DNA of 64,000 bases from Pedobacter sp. (GTDB lineage Bacteria > Bacteroidota > Bacteroidia > Sphingobacteriales > Sphingobacteriaceae): assembly GCA_025351765.1 (NCBI GenBank), contig JANXVH010000170.1, positions 65,993 through 129,992 on the forward strand, read 5' to 3'. The position numbers and the translations under genes are program-made. The notes beneath the pieces are model-generated. The model was not told where the DNA came from, ran no database searches, and was given only the letters and a program-made list of their open reading frames with translations. Position 1 is the stretch's first letter. Each line of letters begins with the position of its first letter. Below are positions 19,328 to 28,768 of the stretch, in pieces.

Positions 19328-22300
19328 TTATTTTATAACTAGCTGTAGCATTTCAACAGCCTCATCTACTGACTTCAGGTTATCAAACGCAATCCTTAGG
19401 CTGTCTTTAACTTCTTTCAAATTGCAAATGCGGGGGTGAATTTGAGCAAATAGTAAGATTTTATTGAACATGTTTGAATCAAAGAATGGCGATTGCTTAT
19501 TTGTTATAAAGTAACCCCTAAGCACTCCTTTTTTAAAGCTAAGCTTTTCAAAAGCCAATTGTTTAGCTACCCATTGCAAACGCAGCACATTAAGCATAGT
19601 TTTAATTGGAGTTGGCACTGGTCCAAAGCGGTCTTTTAAACTAAGCTCAAAAGCACTTAACTGGGTTTCGTTCTCTATTTTTGAAACTTCTGTGTAAAGG
19701 TTATACCGTTCTGTAATGTTGGTTACATAGTCGTCCGGGATATACAACTCAAGATCGGTATCTACCTGAGTAAAGGCTACAAACGGGCGCTCTTTTTCGT
19801 CTTTAAATAGTTCTTTAAACTCGTCTGACTTTAGTTCCTGGATGGCCTCATCTAAAATCTTATGATACATTTCGAAACCTATTTCTGCAATAAAACCGCT
19901 TTGCTCTGCTCCCAGTAAGTTACCGCTGCCGCGGATGTCTAAATCTCTCATGGCAATGTTAAACCCACTACCAAGGTCTGAAAACTCTTCAATAGCACTT
20001 AAGCGCTTTCTGGCTTCCGATGTGAGCGTAGATAATGGCGGACTAAGGAGGTAACAGAAAGCTTTTTTGTTGGAACGGCCTACCCTTCCTCTCATTTGAT
20101 GCAAATCACTCAGCCCAAACATGTGTGCATGATTAATTATAATAGTGTTTGCGTTTGGAATGTCTAAGCCCGCCTCGATAATGGTAGTGGCTACTAAAAC
20201 GTCTTTTTCGCCGTTGATGAAGGCCAGCATAACATCTTCCAATTGGTCGCCGTCAAGCTGTCCGTGTGCAATACCGATCCTAGCCTTTGGCACTAATGTT
20301 TGAATTAATCCACCCAGTTGAGGAAGGTCATTTACCCGGTTATGAATAAAGAAGACCTGACCCCCTCTATCAAGTTCAAATTTGACGGATTCCTGTATTA
20401 ATTTATCATTGAAAACGTGTAATTCGGTATTAACGGCTTGCCTATTTGGCGGTGGGGTGCTCATAATAGAAAGATCCCGTGCGCCCATTAATGAAAAATG
20501 CAATGTCCGTGGAATAGGGGTGGCGGTTAAGGTTAGGGTATCTACATTTACCCGCAATGCCCGTAGTTTTTCTTTTGAGGTTACACCAAACTTTTGCTCT
20601 TCATCTATAATCATGATGCCAAGGTCTTTAAATTTAACATCCTTACTAAGCAGGCGGTGGGTACCTATGATGATGTCTACTGTACCTTCGGCTACTTTGC
20701 TCAGGGTTTCCTTGATTTGCTTGGCGGTTTTAAACCTGTTGATGTAATCTACTGTGCATGGGAAATCTTTGAGCCTACCTGTAAAAGTTTTAAAGTGCTG
20801 AAGCGCAAGAATCGTTGTAGGCACAAGAACCGCAGCCTGTTTACCGTTTGCTACAGCTTTGAATGCGGCACGGATAGCGATCTCTGTTTTACCAAAGCCC
20901 ACATCCCCACAAACAAGCCTGTCCATCGGGTGAGGCGCTTCCATGTCTTTTTTAACATCGCTTGTTGCTTTTACCTGGTCTGGGGTGTCTTCATAAATAA
21001 AGGATGCCTCGAGCTCTGTCTCCAGATACCCGTCTGGGTCAAATGCTGTTCCTACCTGAGCTTTGCGCAATGCGTAAAGCTTGATCAGATCCCGGGCAAT
21101 GTCTTTAACTTTTTTTTTTGTTGTTTTCTTGAGTTTATCCCAGGCTTCAGTACCTAGTTTATTCATTTTTGGTGGAGTTCCGTCTTTGCCGCTGTACTTG
21201 GCAATTCTATTTAACGAATTTATGTTGACATATAGCAGGTCATTATCCGCATATACAAGACGGATCATTTCCTGCGTTTTGCCATTAACCTCAACCTTTT
21301 CAAGGCCGGCATATTTGCCTATGCCGTGATCAATATGGGTTACAAAATCGCCGGGCTTTAAATCCCGAAGTTCTTTTAAGGTAATGGCTTGACTGCGCTG
21401 ATAACCCCTTTTAAGCTTGTACTTATAGAAACGGTCAAATATTTGATGGTCTGTATAGAAAGCAACATGTTGTTGGCGATCTAAAAAACCTTCCCTTAAA
21501 GGGATATTAATGGGGGTAAACTTGGCTGTTTTATCGATATCTTCCAGAATGGCGTAAAGTCGTTCTGTTTGCTTAGGGGAAGAGCTGAATATGAAATTGT
21601 GCGTTTTTTCTTTTTCGTTCTCTTTCAGGTTATGGATAAGCAGGCTGAAATCTTTATTGAATGAAGGTTGTGGCTTTGTATCAAATAGAAATATTCGGTC
21701 TGTTTGATAGAAGAACTGTTTTCCGAATTCGGTTACGACGAACTCCTGAAACATATCGGCCATCATTTTCTCGTCTGTAAAAGCAAATTTAGGATCTATC
21801 CAATCCTGATTTTCCTGTTTCTCTTTAGAAGGGAGGGCTTTCCATAGCTCAACGGCTTTTTTATAACCGGTTTTAACGATATCTAAAGTGAACTCTACAT
21901 CTTTGAACCAGAGTTGTGTGTCGTTATCAATATAATCGAGGATGCTGATGTTGTTTTCAGTAAGATACTTTGATTGAACATTGGGGATCACGACAAGCGT
22001 TTTTACCTCTTCTACAGAAAGCTGACTTTCGATTTCGAATGTACGGATGCTTTCAACGATATCTCCAAAGAACTCTACCCGGTAAGGAATATCATGGGAG
22101 AAAGAAAAGATATCAACAATACCCCCGCGTATGGAAAACTGTCCAGGCTCGTAAACAAAATCAGTACGGTTGAAATCATAGTCTATCAAGAACTCATTGA
22201 TAAAATCAATACTCAGCTTTGCATTGAGTTGAATTTCAAGCGTGTTTTTTTCAAGGACGGCACGGTCTATCACTTTCTCGGCAATTGCCTCAGGATAGGA

Positions 22301-22669
22301 AACCACAATTTTACCAAATTCAGAGTGGTGATTAAGCTCGTTGAGAACTTCAGCTCTTGCCAATACATTTGCGGTATCAACTTGCGTAAAATCAAATGCT
22401 TTACGAAATGAAGAAGGGAATAGTAAAACTTCTTTATCAATTATTCCTTCAAGATCTGATAAGAAGTATGATGCTTCTTCCCGGTCTGGCAAGATGAAAA
22501 GCATTGGTTTATGAAGGAGGAAATAGGAGGCAACAGAAATTACAGCATCAGCAGAACCCACCAATCCCTTTAACTGGATCTTGGTGCCCTTACCCATGTT
22601 AAGCGATTTGGCAAGATCTCTGACACGCTCATCTTCCTTATATCTGTTTATCAGGTCGCGAATATTCAC
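19328..22669 (-). CDS. mfd: Transcription-repair coupling factor
   Basis: 1113 aa with superfamily-2 helicase motifs GDVGFGKTE and IIDEEQKFG, a CarD-like domain (GDFVTHIDHGIGKY), and a TRCF C-terminal domain. Confidence 0.97.
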   Translation of the reverse strand: MNIRDLINRYKEDERVRDLAKSLNMGKGTKIQLKGLVGSADAVISVASYFLLHKPMLFILPDREEASYFLSDLEGIIDKEVLLFPSSFRKAFDFTQVDTANVLARAEVLNELNHHSEFGKIVVSYPEAIAEKVIDRAVLEKNTLEIQLNAKLSIDFINEFLIDYDFNRTDFVYEPGQFSIRGGIVDIFSFSHDIPYRVEFFGDIVESIRTFEIESQLSVEEVKTLVVIPNVQSKYLTENNISILDYIDNDTQLWFKDVEFTLDIVKTGYKKAVELWKALPSKEKQENQDWIDPKFAFTDEKMMADMFQEFVVTEFGKQFFYQTDRIFLFDTKPQPSFNKDFSLLIHNLKENEKEKTHNFIFSSSPKQTERLYAILEDIDKTAKFTPINIPLREGFLDRQQHVAFYTDHQIFDRFYKYKLKRGYQRSQAITLKELRDLKPGDFVTHIDHGIGKYAGLEKVEVNGKTQEMIRLVYADNDLLYVNINSLNRIAKYSGKDGTPPKMNKLGTEAWDKLKKTTKKKVKDIARDLIKLYALRKAQVGTAFDPDGYLETELEASFIYEDTPDQVKATSDVKKDMEAPHPMDRLVCGDVGFGKTEIAIRAAFKAVANGKQAAVLVPTTILALQHFKTFTGRLKDFPCTVDYINRFKTAKQIKETLSKVAEGTVDIIIGTHRLLSKDVKFKDLGIMIIDEEQKFGVTSKEKLRALRVNVDTLTLTATPIPRTLHFSLMGARDLSIMSTPPPNRQAVNTELHVFNDKLIQESVKFELDRGGQVFFIHNRVNDLPQLGGLIQTLVPKARIGIAHGQLDGDQLEDVMLAFINGEKDVLVATTIIEAGLDIPNANTIIINHAHMFGLSDLHQMRGRVGRSNKKAFCYLLSPPLSTLTSEARKRLSAIEEFSDLGSGFNIAMRDLDIRGSGNLLGAEQSGFIAEIGFEMYHKILDEAIQELKSDEFKELFKDEKERPFVAFTQVDTDLELYIPDDYVTNITERYNLYTEVSKIENETQLSAFELSLKDRFGPVPTPIKTMLNVLRLQWVAKQLAFEKLSFKKGVLRGYFITNKQSPFFDSNMFNKILLFAQIHPRICNLKEVKDSLRIAFDNLKSVDEAVEMLQLVIK

Positions 22670-22746
22670 AATGCAAATGTAATATATATGATTAGCTTTA
22701 GCTGTAACAAAGTGGGCTTTAATCTATCTAAAATGAAAAGGATATA

Positions 22747-23058
22747 ATGAAAATGCTGAGCTATATACCGATAGAACTATTGTTTTGGGTGGGAGCGCTA
22801 GCATTGCTTGCAACGGCGCAGCCGATGTCCGTAGGACAAGAAAATCATTTTATTTTGTGCCCTATTGCAGCGATCGGGCTCGATTGGTGCCCTGGCTGCG
22901 GAATGGGAAGGGCAATTACCCAGGTGCTTCACGGTAACCTGAATGAAAGCCTAAAGCAGCATTGGTTCGGAGTGCCTGCATTGCTGATATTGGCAAGTAG
23001 AATTTTAACACTGATAAGGATAGAGTTAAAGAGTTTAAAAAAATTAAAAATAATATAG
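22747..23058 (+). CDS. DUF2752-like small membrane protein
   Basis: 103 aa, TM helices flanking a C-x(n)-CPGCGMGRA motif. Confidence 0.6.
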   Translation: MKMLSYIPIELLFWVGALALLATAQPMSVGQENHFILCPIAAIGLDWCPGCGMGRAITQVLHGNLNESLKQHWFGVPALLILASRILTLIRIELKSLKKLKII

Positions 23059-23069
23059 GAGATAAGGAT

Positions 23070-23429
23070 ATGTTTGATTCACCATTTATGTCGCTTCCGG
23101 GCATTACGCCTCAGGAGTATTCGTACTTACAAACCGCAACTACTGGCTTTAGTGAACAGCAACTGAGGGGATTTCTAATGATTTACAGCAGCAAGCGCAG
23201 AAACCCGGATGATATGGTTCTGTATTGTATACTTGGGTTTTTTATTCCCGGTTTACCACGGTTTTTGGTTAACCAGATAGGAATGGGGATTTTGTACTTT
23301 TTTACGGTAGGACTTTGCTTTATAGGGACTATCATAGATTTGATTAACCATAAAAACCTAGCTTTTGAATATAACCAGCGCATGGTTTTTGAGAGCTTGC
23401 AAATGGTTAAAATGACAAACTTGCAATAG
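23070..23429 (+). CDS. TM2-domain membrane protein
   Basis: 119 aa, two-TM core (GFFIPGLPRFLVNQIGMGILYFFTVGLCFIGTIIDLI). It starts 11 nt after the DUF2752-like gene. Confidence 0.6.
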   Translation: MFDSPFMSLPGITPQEYSYLQTATTGFSEQQLRGFLMIYSSKRRNPDDMVLYCILGFFIPGLPRFLVNQIGMGILYFFTVGLCFIGTIIDLINHKNLAFEYNQRMVFESLQMVKMTNLQ

Positions 23430-23496
23430 TGGGGGCTATTTGTTTCAAAAAGTATAAAACAATAATGGGAAAAGGATCTTTTTGTAATTTTAACAG

Positions 23497-24594
23497 ATGA
23501 GATTATCTGTTTTGATTAAACACCTTGAAGAGTTTGCTCCAGTCCAGTACCAGGAAGATTATGATAATTCCGGGTTATTAGTTGGCAGGCCTGATCAAGA
23601 GATTCGGACCGCATTAGTAGCCTTGGATTGTATTGAGGCAGTACTAGATGAGGCAATTATTTTAGGCTGCAATTTAATAATAACCCATCACCCCATTGTT
23701 TTTAAAGGCCTAAAAAGGTTTAATGGCAAGAACTATGTAGAGCGCGTGGTGATGAAAGCCATAAAAAATAACATTGCGTTGTATGCTATCCATACGAATT
23801 TGGATCATGTTAATAATGGAGTAAATAAGGTGATTTGCGACCGTCTGGGTTTGAAGAACGCGAAGATACTCAGTCCGAAAAAGAACCTTTTGAAAAAGCT
23901 GGTTACTTTTTGCCCTAAAGCACATACTGAGGATGTTCGCGCTGCGTTGTTTGCCGCAGGAGCAGGTAATGTAGGAAACTACGCAGATTGCAGCTTTATT
24001 ATCGAAGGCACAGGGACTTTTAAAGGGGGGGAAGGTACGAGTCCGTATGTTGGAGAAAAAGGCGTACAGCATCATGAATCAGAAACGCGGATTGAAACCG
24101 TGTTCTCCGCTCAGCAACAGCGAAAGGTTGTTTTGGCTCTGCTGGAAAGTCACCCCTATGAAGAAGTGGCTTACGATATCTATTCACTAGATAATAAAAT
24201 AGAAAGCGTAGGGGCTGGGATGATTGGCTGGCTGGAGCATGAGATGGACGGAATGGACTTTTTGAAATACGTAAAAAATAACATGAATGCATCTGTAGTA
24301 AGGCACACGGCTATTTTGCCTAAGCGTGTAAAGAAAGTTGCAGTATGCGGGGGATCCGGGAGTTTTCTTTTACAGGAAGCTATCGCTGCGGGAGCAGATG
24401 CTTTTATTACGGCAGATTTTAAGTACCATGAGTTTTTTGACGCAGAGGATAAATTGGTAATTGCAGATATTGGACACTTTGAAACAGAACAATTTACATC
24501 TCAGTTGTTGATAGATATTATTCAAGAAAAATTCCCTAACTTTGCAATCCGTTTAACGGAGCATAATACAAACCCCGTAAATTATTTGATTTAA
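23497..24594 (+). CDS. Nif3-like dinuclear metal centre protein (GTP cyclohydrolase 1 type 2 homolog)
   Basis: 365 aa with ITHHPIVFKG and IHTNLD motifs plus an inserted PII-like domain. Confidence 0.9.
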   Translation: MRLSVLIKHLEEFAPVQYQEDYDNSGLLVGRPDQEIRTALVALDCIEAVLDEAIILGCNLIITHHPIVFKGLKRFNGKNYVERVVMKAIKNNIALYAIHTNLDHVNNGVNKVICDRLGLKNAKILSPKKNLLKKLVTFCPKAHTEDVRAALFAAGAGNVGNYADCSFIIEGTGTFKGGEGTSPYVGEKGVQHHESETRIETVFSAQQQRKVVLALLESHPYEEVAYDIYSLDNKIESVGAGMIGWLEHEMDGMDFLKYVKNNMNASVVRHTAILPKRVKKVAVCGGSGSFLLQEAIAAGADAFITADFKYHEFFDAEDKLVIADIGHFETEQFTSQLLIDIIQEKFPNFAIRLTEHNTNPVNYLI

Positions 24595-25337
24595 TGGAAC
24601 AAACTGTAGAGCAAAAGCTAAAGGCTTTGTACGAATTACAAAACCTACATACTAAAATTGATAAGATCCGTCAGATACGTGGTGAACTTCCAATGGAGGT
24701 TGCAGATCTTGAAGATGAGGTTGCAGGCTTAGAAACACGTATACAAAAATTTAAAGCTGAATTGGATGATTCTGAAGACGCCATCGTAACCCGTAAAAAT
24801 ATGATTAAGGAAGCTCAGAACCTGATCAAGAAATACGAAACACAATTAAAAGAAGTTAAGAATAATCGTGAATATGACGCTTTGACTAAAGAAGTGGAAA
24901 TCCAGACTTTGGATATCCAAGTTTCTGAGAAAAAGATCAGAGAATTCGGCTTTGACATTGCTGGCAAAACTGAAACATACGAAAAGGCAGCTCTTGATAT
25001 TGAATCCAGAAAAAAAGATCTTGATGTAAAGAGAGGTGAATTGGAAACGATTACTGCAGAAACAGAAAAAGAAGAACAATCTCTATCTAAAAAGGCAGAA
25101 AAAGCGGAGACCCAGATTGAAGAGCGTTTGTTGACGGCTTACAGCAAACTAAGACGCAACGCCAACAATGGCTTGGCTGTTGTGACGATTGATCGTGATT
25201 CATGTTCAGGTTGTTTTAATCAGATTCCTCCTCAGCGTCAGTTAGATATACGTCAGCGTAAAAAAATTATAGTTTGTGAGCACTGTGGAAGAATCCTTGT
25301 TGATGAGGCGCTGACACTAGAAGTTGTGCCTGTTTAA
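24594..25337 (+). CDS. Coiled-coil C4 zinc-ribbon protein (DUF164-type Nif3 partner)
   Basis: 247 aa, coiled coil followed by CSGC...CEHC. The start shares a base with the Nif3 stop (TTAATGG). Confidence 0.8.
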   Translation: MEQTVEQKLKALYELQNLHTKIDKIRQIRGELPMEVADLEDEVAGLETRIQKFKAELDDSEDAIVTRKNMIKEAQNLIKKYETQLKEVKNNREYDALTKEVEIQTLDIQVSEKKIREFGFDIAGKTETYEKAALDIESRKKDLDVKRGELETITAETEKEEQSLSKKAEKAETQIEERLLTAYSKLRRNANNGLAVVTIDRDSCSGCFNQIPPQRQLDIRQRKKIIVCEHCGRILVDEALTLEVVPV

Positions 25338-25353
25338 TATTGTTATCTCATTT

Positions 25354-25388
25354 AAAAAGGGCCGGCTTAATTACCGGCCCTTTTTTAT
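25354..25388 (+). terminator. Rho-independent terminator after the Nif3/zinc-ribbon operon
   Basis: AAAAA-GGGCCGG-cttaatta-CCGGCCC-TTTTTT: 7-bp GC stem at 25359-25365 / 25374-25380, then a T-run. The A-run upstream makes it potentially bidirectional. Confidence 0.8.
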
Positions 25389-25423
25389 TGGCATGTTTTA
25401 TGATTTTTTTAGCTACTAGGTAT

Positions 25424-26920
25424 ATGAAAAAAAAAATGCAATCGGGCTCAATTCTGCTTCTCTGCACGCTCTTATTACCGCTTTGCAGTTTTGCAAAGTT
25501 TGATTTTAATGCGAATTGTCTTAACGCCTATGAGAACATTTTTGCGCTCAAGTTGAACAGCGCCAGGCAGCTTATTGCAATGGAAAAAAAGAGAAACCCC
25601 AACAACGGCGTTACGTTACTCCTAGATAATTATGTGGACTATTTTTACCTGCTGACCAATGATAGCAAGCAAGAGTTTGACCGGTTGGAGGAGAATAAAA
25701 AGGTAAGGCTTGATGCACTCGAGGATGAGGATAATAACTCCCCCTATTACTTGTATGCCCAAGCGGAAATAAACCTGCAATGGGCGCTAATACGTGGCCG
25801 TTATGGTGAATATTTCACCGCTGCGCGGGAAATAAAAAAAGCAAATGGACAACTTCAGGAGAACAACAAGAAATTTCCCGGGTTTCTTCTAAATAGCAAG
25901 GGATTAGGGTTAATTAGTGCTTTTCTGGGTAATTTGCCCGATGGCGTGTTAAAAAGCACATTGTCTACCTTTGGCATCAAAGGAAATGTACAGGAAGGCA
26001 TCGCTAAGCTGGAAAAGCTTGTAGAAAACTTACCCCAGTCCAAATATGAGCCCTTCTATGAAGAGGTTGTGTTTTATTATTCTTTCGTTTTGAACGATAT
26101 TGCCCATAGTCCTTCTGCGTATGTGAAAACCATGAGGTATAGCGCCACAATTAGTAACAACAGTTTATTGAAAAGCTATCTTCAGGCGGGAGTTTGCAGT
26201 AAAAGCGGTCATAATGATGAAGCGATCGCTATCCTTGCATCACGACCCTCTGGATCCGCTTATCAAACGTTTCCCTACTTGGATTATCTATCTGCTTCAG
26301 CAAAACTAAATAGGCTTGATTATGCAGGGGCTGCACAAGACTTCAACAGGTTTTTGCAACAAAGTAAAGGCGTTGGTTATATTAAAGATACCAACCTGCG
26401 CCTTGGGTGGATAGAGTTGCTTAAGGGAGAAAACAAAGCATATAATGGATATATGAGCAAAGTTAAGTCTACTGGCTATAATTATCAGGAAAAGGATAGG
26501 CAAGCTTTAAATGAAGCAAATGACACGCCTCCAAATAAGCTGCTCTTAAAAGCGAGACTGCTTTTTGATGGTGGGTATTTTAATAAGGCTGCGGAGGCAA
26601 TTTTTATTAACAATGGAAAGGAATTTTCTTCCGGAAGGGATATAACAGAATATTATTACCGCGCAGGACGTATTTTGGATGAAACGGGTAGGGATGATGA
26701 AGCGCTATCAAAGTTTCAGAATGCAATTAATCAAGGGAAAGATTTAAGATATTATTATGCTGCAAATTCAGCTTTACAGGCAGGTAAGATCTATGAACGG
26801 AAAAAGAATTTTACAAAAGCCAAGTTATTTTACAATACGGCAATACAGATGAAGAATCATGATTATGAAGGAAGTATTGAAACTCAGGCTAAAGCTGGAT
26901 TATTAAGAATAAGCAGGTAG
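25424..26920 (+). CDS. Secreted TPR-like repeat protein (uncharacterised)
   Basis: The start is placed at MKKKMQSGSILLLCTLLLPLCSFA (signal peptide). The ORF-track start at 25340 would run through the terminator hairpin. The body is helical-repeat-like (YYRAGRILDETGRDDEAL, ALQAGKIYERKKNFTKAKLFY). Confidence 0.75.
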   Translation: MKKKMQSGSILLLCTLLLPLCSFAKFDFNANCLNAYENIFALKLNSARQLIAMEKKRNPNNGVTLLLDNYVDYFYLLTNDSKQEFDRLEENKKVRLDALEDEDNNSPYYLYAQAEINLQWALIRGRYGEYFTAAREIKKANGQLQENNKKFPGFLLNSKGLGLISAFLGNLPDGVLKSTLSTFGIKGNVQEGIAKLEKLVENLPQSKYEPFYEEVVFYYSFVLNDIAHSPSAYVKTMRYSATISNNSLLKSYLQAGVCSKSGHNDEAIAILASRPSGSAYQTFPYLDYLSASAKLNRLDYAGAAQDFNRFLQQSKGVGYIKDTNLRLGWIELLKGENKAYNGYMSKVKSTGYNYQEKDRQALNEANDTPPNKLLLKARLLFDGGYFNKAAEAIFINNGKEFSSGRDITEYYYRAGRILDETGRDDEALSKFQNAINQGKDLRYYYAANSALQAGKIYERKKNFTKAKLFYNTAIQMKNHDYEGSIETQAKAGLLRISR

Positions 26921-28003
26921 CTAGAACCTGTAGACAACAGCATTGATATGCATACCCGCTCCTACCGAAGCAAATAAAACGTAATCGCCTTCCTTCATAT
27001 TATAATCTTCCATTTTTCCTTTTAATACAAGATCAATTAAAGTGGGGATAGTTGCTACAGAGCTGTTGCCTAACCAGGAGATAGTCATGGGCACAAGCTT
27101 TTGAGGAACTTCATCCAAATCATAAAGTTTAAATACACGCTTCATGATTGCATGATCCATTTTTCCATTTGCCTGATGAATAAAAACAGCTTTGATATCT
27201 TTAATACCTAATCCGGCTATATCAATAGCCTTTTTAACTACTTGTGGAACATTTATAACCGCAAATTCGTAAAGCTTCCGCCCATTCATTTTTAGGTATA
27301 AATTCCCATTAACCTCTGCGGGATTATTACTTTTCCCCATTACCAGCAGTGATCCATAAGTAGCCGCAAATGTTTGTGATTTATGAGCAATGACGCCTAT
27401 CGGCTCGCCCGACTCCCTAGCTTCAAAAATTACTGCAGCAGCACCATCAGAAAAGATCATAGTATCACGATCATGAGGGTCTGTAATTCTTGAAAGCGTC
27501 TCTGACCCAATAACCATTACCTTTTTAGCATCGCCACTTTGAATTAAGTAGTTAGCTTGTATAACACCTTGAACCCAACCGGGACATCCAAAAATAATAT
27601 CATAAGCTACACAATCAGGATTTTGAATATTAAGAATTTGCTTAACCTTAGCAGCAAGTGCTGGGATCATATTGGTTCGGTTGCTTCCAACTGCTATGTC
27701 ACCAAAATTATGGCATAAGATAATGTGATCTAGACTCTCTTTATCAACCCCTGAGCTTTCTATAGCATTCTGGGCAGCGATTGCTGCAATATCGCTGTTA
27801 ACTAAATTGTCGTCAACATACCGTCGCTCATTAATTTCTGTGATTTCAGAAAATTTCTTAATGATCTCGGTGATATCCTTGTCCAGGATTACGCCATTGT
27901 CGTAAAAAGTAGAATTTAAGAAGGCATCGCCAGAAACTATCTTTTCAGGGATATAGCTCCCAGTTCCTTTAATAACAGCGTATTTTTTGGATATATTGCT
28001 CAT
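26921..28003 (-). CDS. 3-oxoacyl-ACP synthase III family (FabH-like) protein
   Basis: 360 aa with active-site Cys context FGCPGW and thiolase-fold C-terminus SVGAGMHINAVVYRF. Confidence 0.88.
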   Translation of the reverse strand: MSNISKKYAVIKGTGSYIPEKIVSGDAFLNSTFYDNGVILDKDITEIIKKFSEITEINERRYVDDNLVNSDIAAIAAQNAIESSGVDKESLDHIILCHNFGDIAVGSNRTNMIPALAAKVKQILNIQNPDCVAYDIIFGCPGWVQGVIQANYLIQSGDAKKVMVIGSETLSRITDPHDRDTMIFSDGAAAVIFEARESGEPIGVIAHKSQTFAATYGSLLVMGKSNNPAEVNGNLYLKMNGRKLYEFAVINVPQVVKKAIDIAGLGIKDIKAVFIHQANGKMDHAIMKRVFKLYDLDEVPQKLVPMTISWLGNSSVATIPTLIDLVLKGKMEDYNMKEGDYVLFASVGAGMHINAVVYRF

Positions 28004-28067
28004 TTTGAACCGTAGACTCTTTTGGTATACGGTATAAAATTAAGATAATAATATTAGATATGGAAAT

Positions 28068-28736
28068 TTATGAAAAATCTTCAACTAAGAAAACAAACAA
28101 TTCCTTAGGTCCATGGGCGCCAAGAACTAACGTTTTTTCGATATCGGCAGTTCTACTAGGGCCTGTTATAGCGCTGATCATAGAGGGAAGTTGAGCGCCA
28201 TATTTATTCTTGATCAGTGTAAAAGCGTCTTTCAGATCTAGAACCATTTGGCTCGTTCTTGCTATCACAATGTGATGGTGTGGGAAAATGCTTAATCTTC
28301 TGCCTGCTGCGTTTTGATTTGAAACCATAACTGAGCCATTTCTGGCAATGAGAGCCTCACACATGGTGATGCCTACTTCTGCCAGATGAAAGTCTTTGTC
28401 TGTTTTGTAAAATGGAAATTCGTATTTTGCTAAGAGTTCCTGAAGCTCAGGTTCCCAGCAATAGATCTTTCTCCAATTAAATTTATCGGCCAGTTGTAAA
28501 ATGTTATCTATAAATTCCAGCCCATTTTCGCAATAAATAAAATTGCCAGACACTGCCGTAAGCTGCTCGGCGAAAAGTATATCAAGATAATCCGTATTTT
28601 TTAAATAAAGCGGCGTGTCTTCTAAATTAGGGTAAGGGTTGTCCCTTTTTTCAAGGAGGGCTCTTCTTATCTTTTTTAGTATTTGTTCTTTAGATGAGAT
28701 ATTTTCTTGCATGGTAAGTAGTTCTGCCGCCCTCAT
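28068..28736 (-). CDS. LUD-domain protein (LutC/YkgG-like)
   Basis: 222 aa (or 214 aa from the ATG at 28712). The pattern is typical of LutC-family proteins, with a C-terminal GPSRTADIE motif. Confidence 0.72.
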   Translation of the reverse strand: MRAAELLTMQENISSKEQILKKIRRALLEKRDNPYPNLEDTPLYLKNTDYLDILFAEQLTAVSGNFIYCENGLEFIDNILQLADKFNWRKIYCWEPELQELLAKYEFPFYKTDKDFHLAEVGITMCEALIARNGSVMVSNQNAAGRRLSIFPHHHIVIARTSQMVLDLKDAFTLIKNKYGAQLPSMISAITGPSRTADIEKTLVLGAHGPKELFVFLVEDFS

Positions 28737-28753
28737 AATTAAAGGCGGCAGAA
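28722..28753 (-). other. Perfect 10-bp inverted repeat (TTCTGCCGCC / GGCGGCAGAA, 12-nt loop) between ftsH and the LUD gene
   Basis: Read directly from the sequence. There is no flanking U-tract on the transcribed (-) strand. The loop contains the upstream candidate ATG (28736) of the LUD gene. Confidence 0.4.
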
Positions 28754-28768
28754 ATAAATAGGCTCTTT

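Noticed and set aside
20382-22411. Several long plus-strand ORFs (121, 187, 82, 67, 145 aa) inside the mfd locus
   Set aside because: They lie entirely antisense to a well-supported 1113-aa mfd CDS. Their composition is low-complexity or Cys/Phe-rich with no recognisable motifs, which is typical of shadow ORFs.
25340-25423. N-terminal extension of the TPR protein ORF (track start 25340)
   Set aside because: The extension reads through the GC-rich terminator hairpin and T-run of the upstream operon. The downstream Met at 25424 gives a canonical signal peptide.
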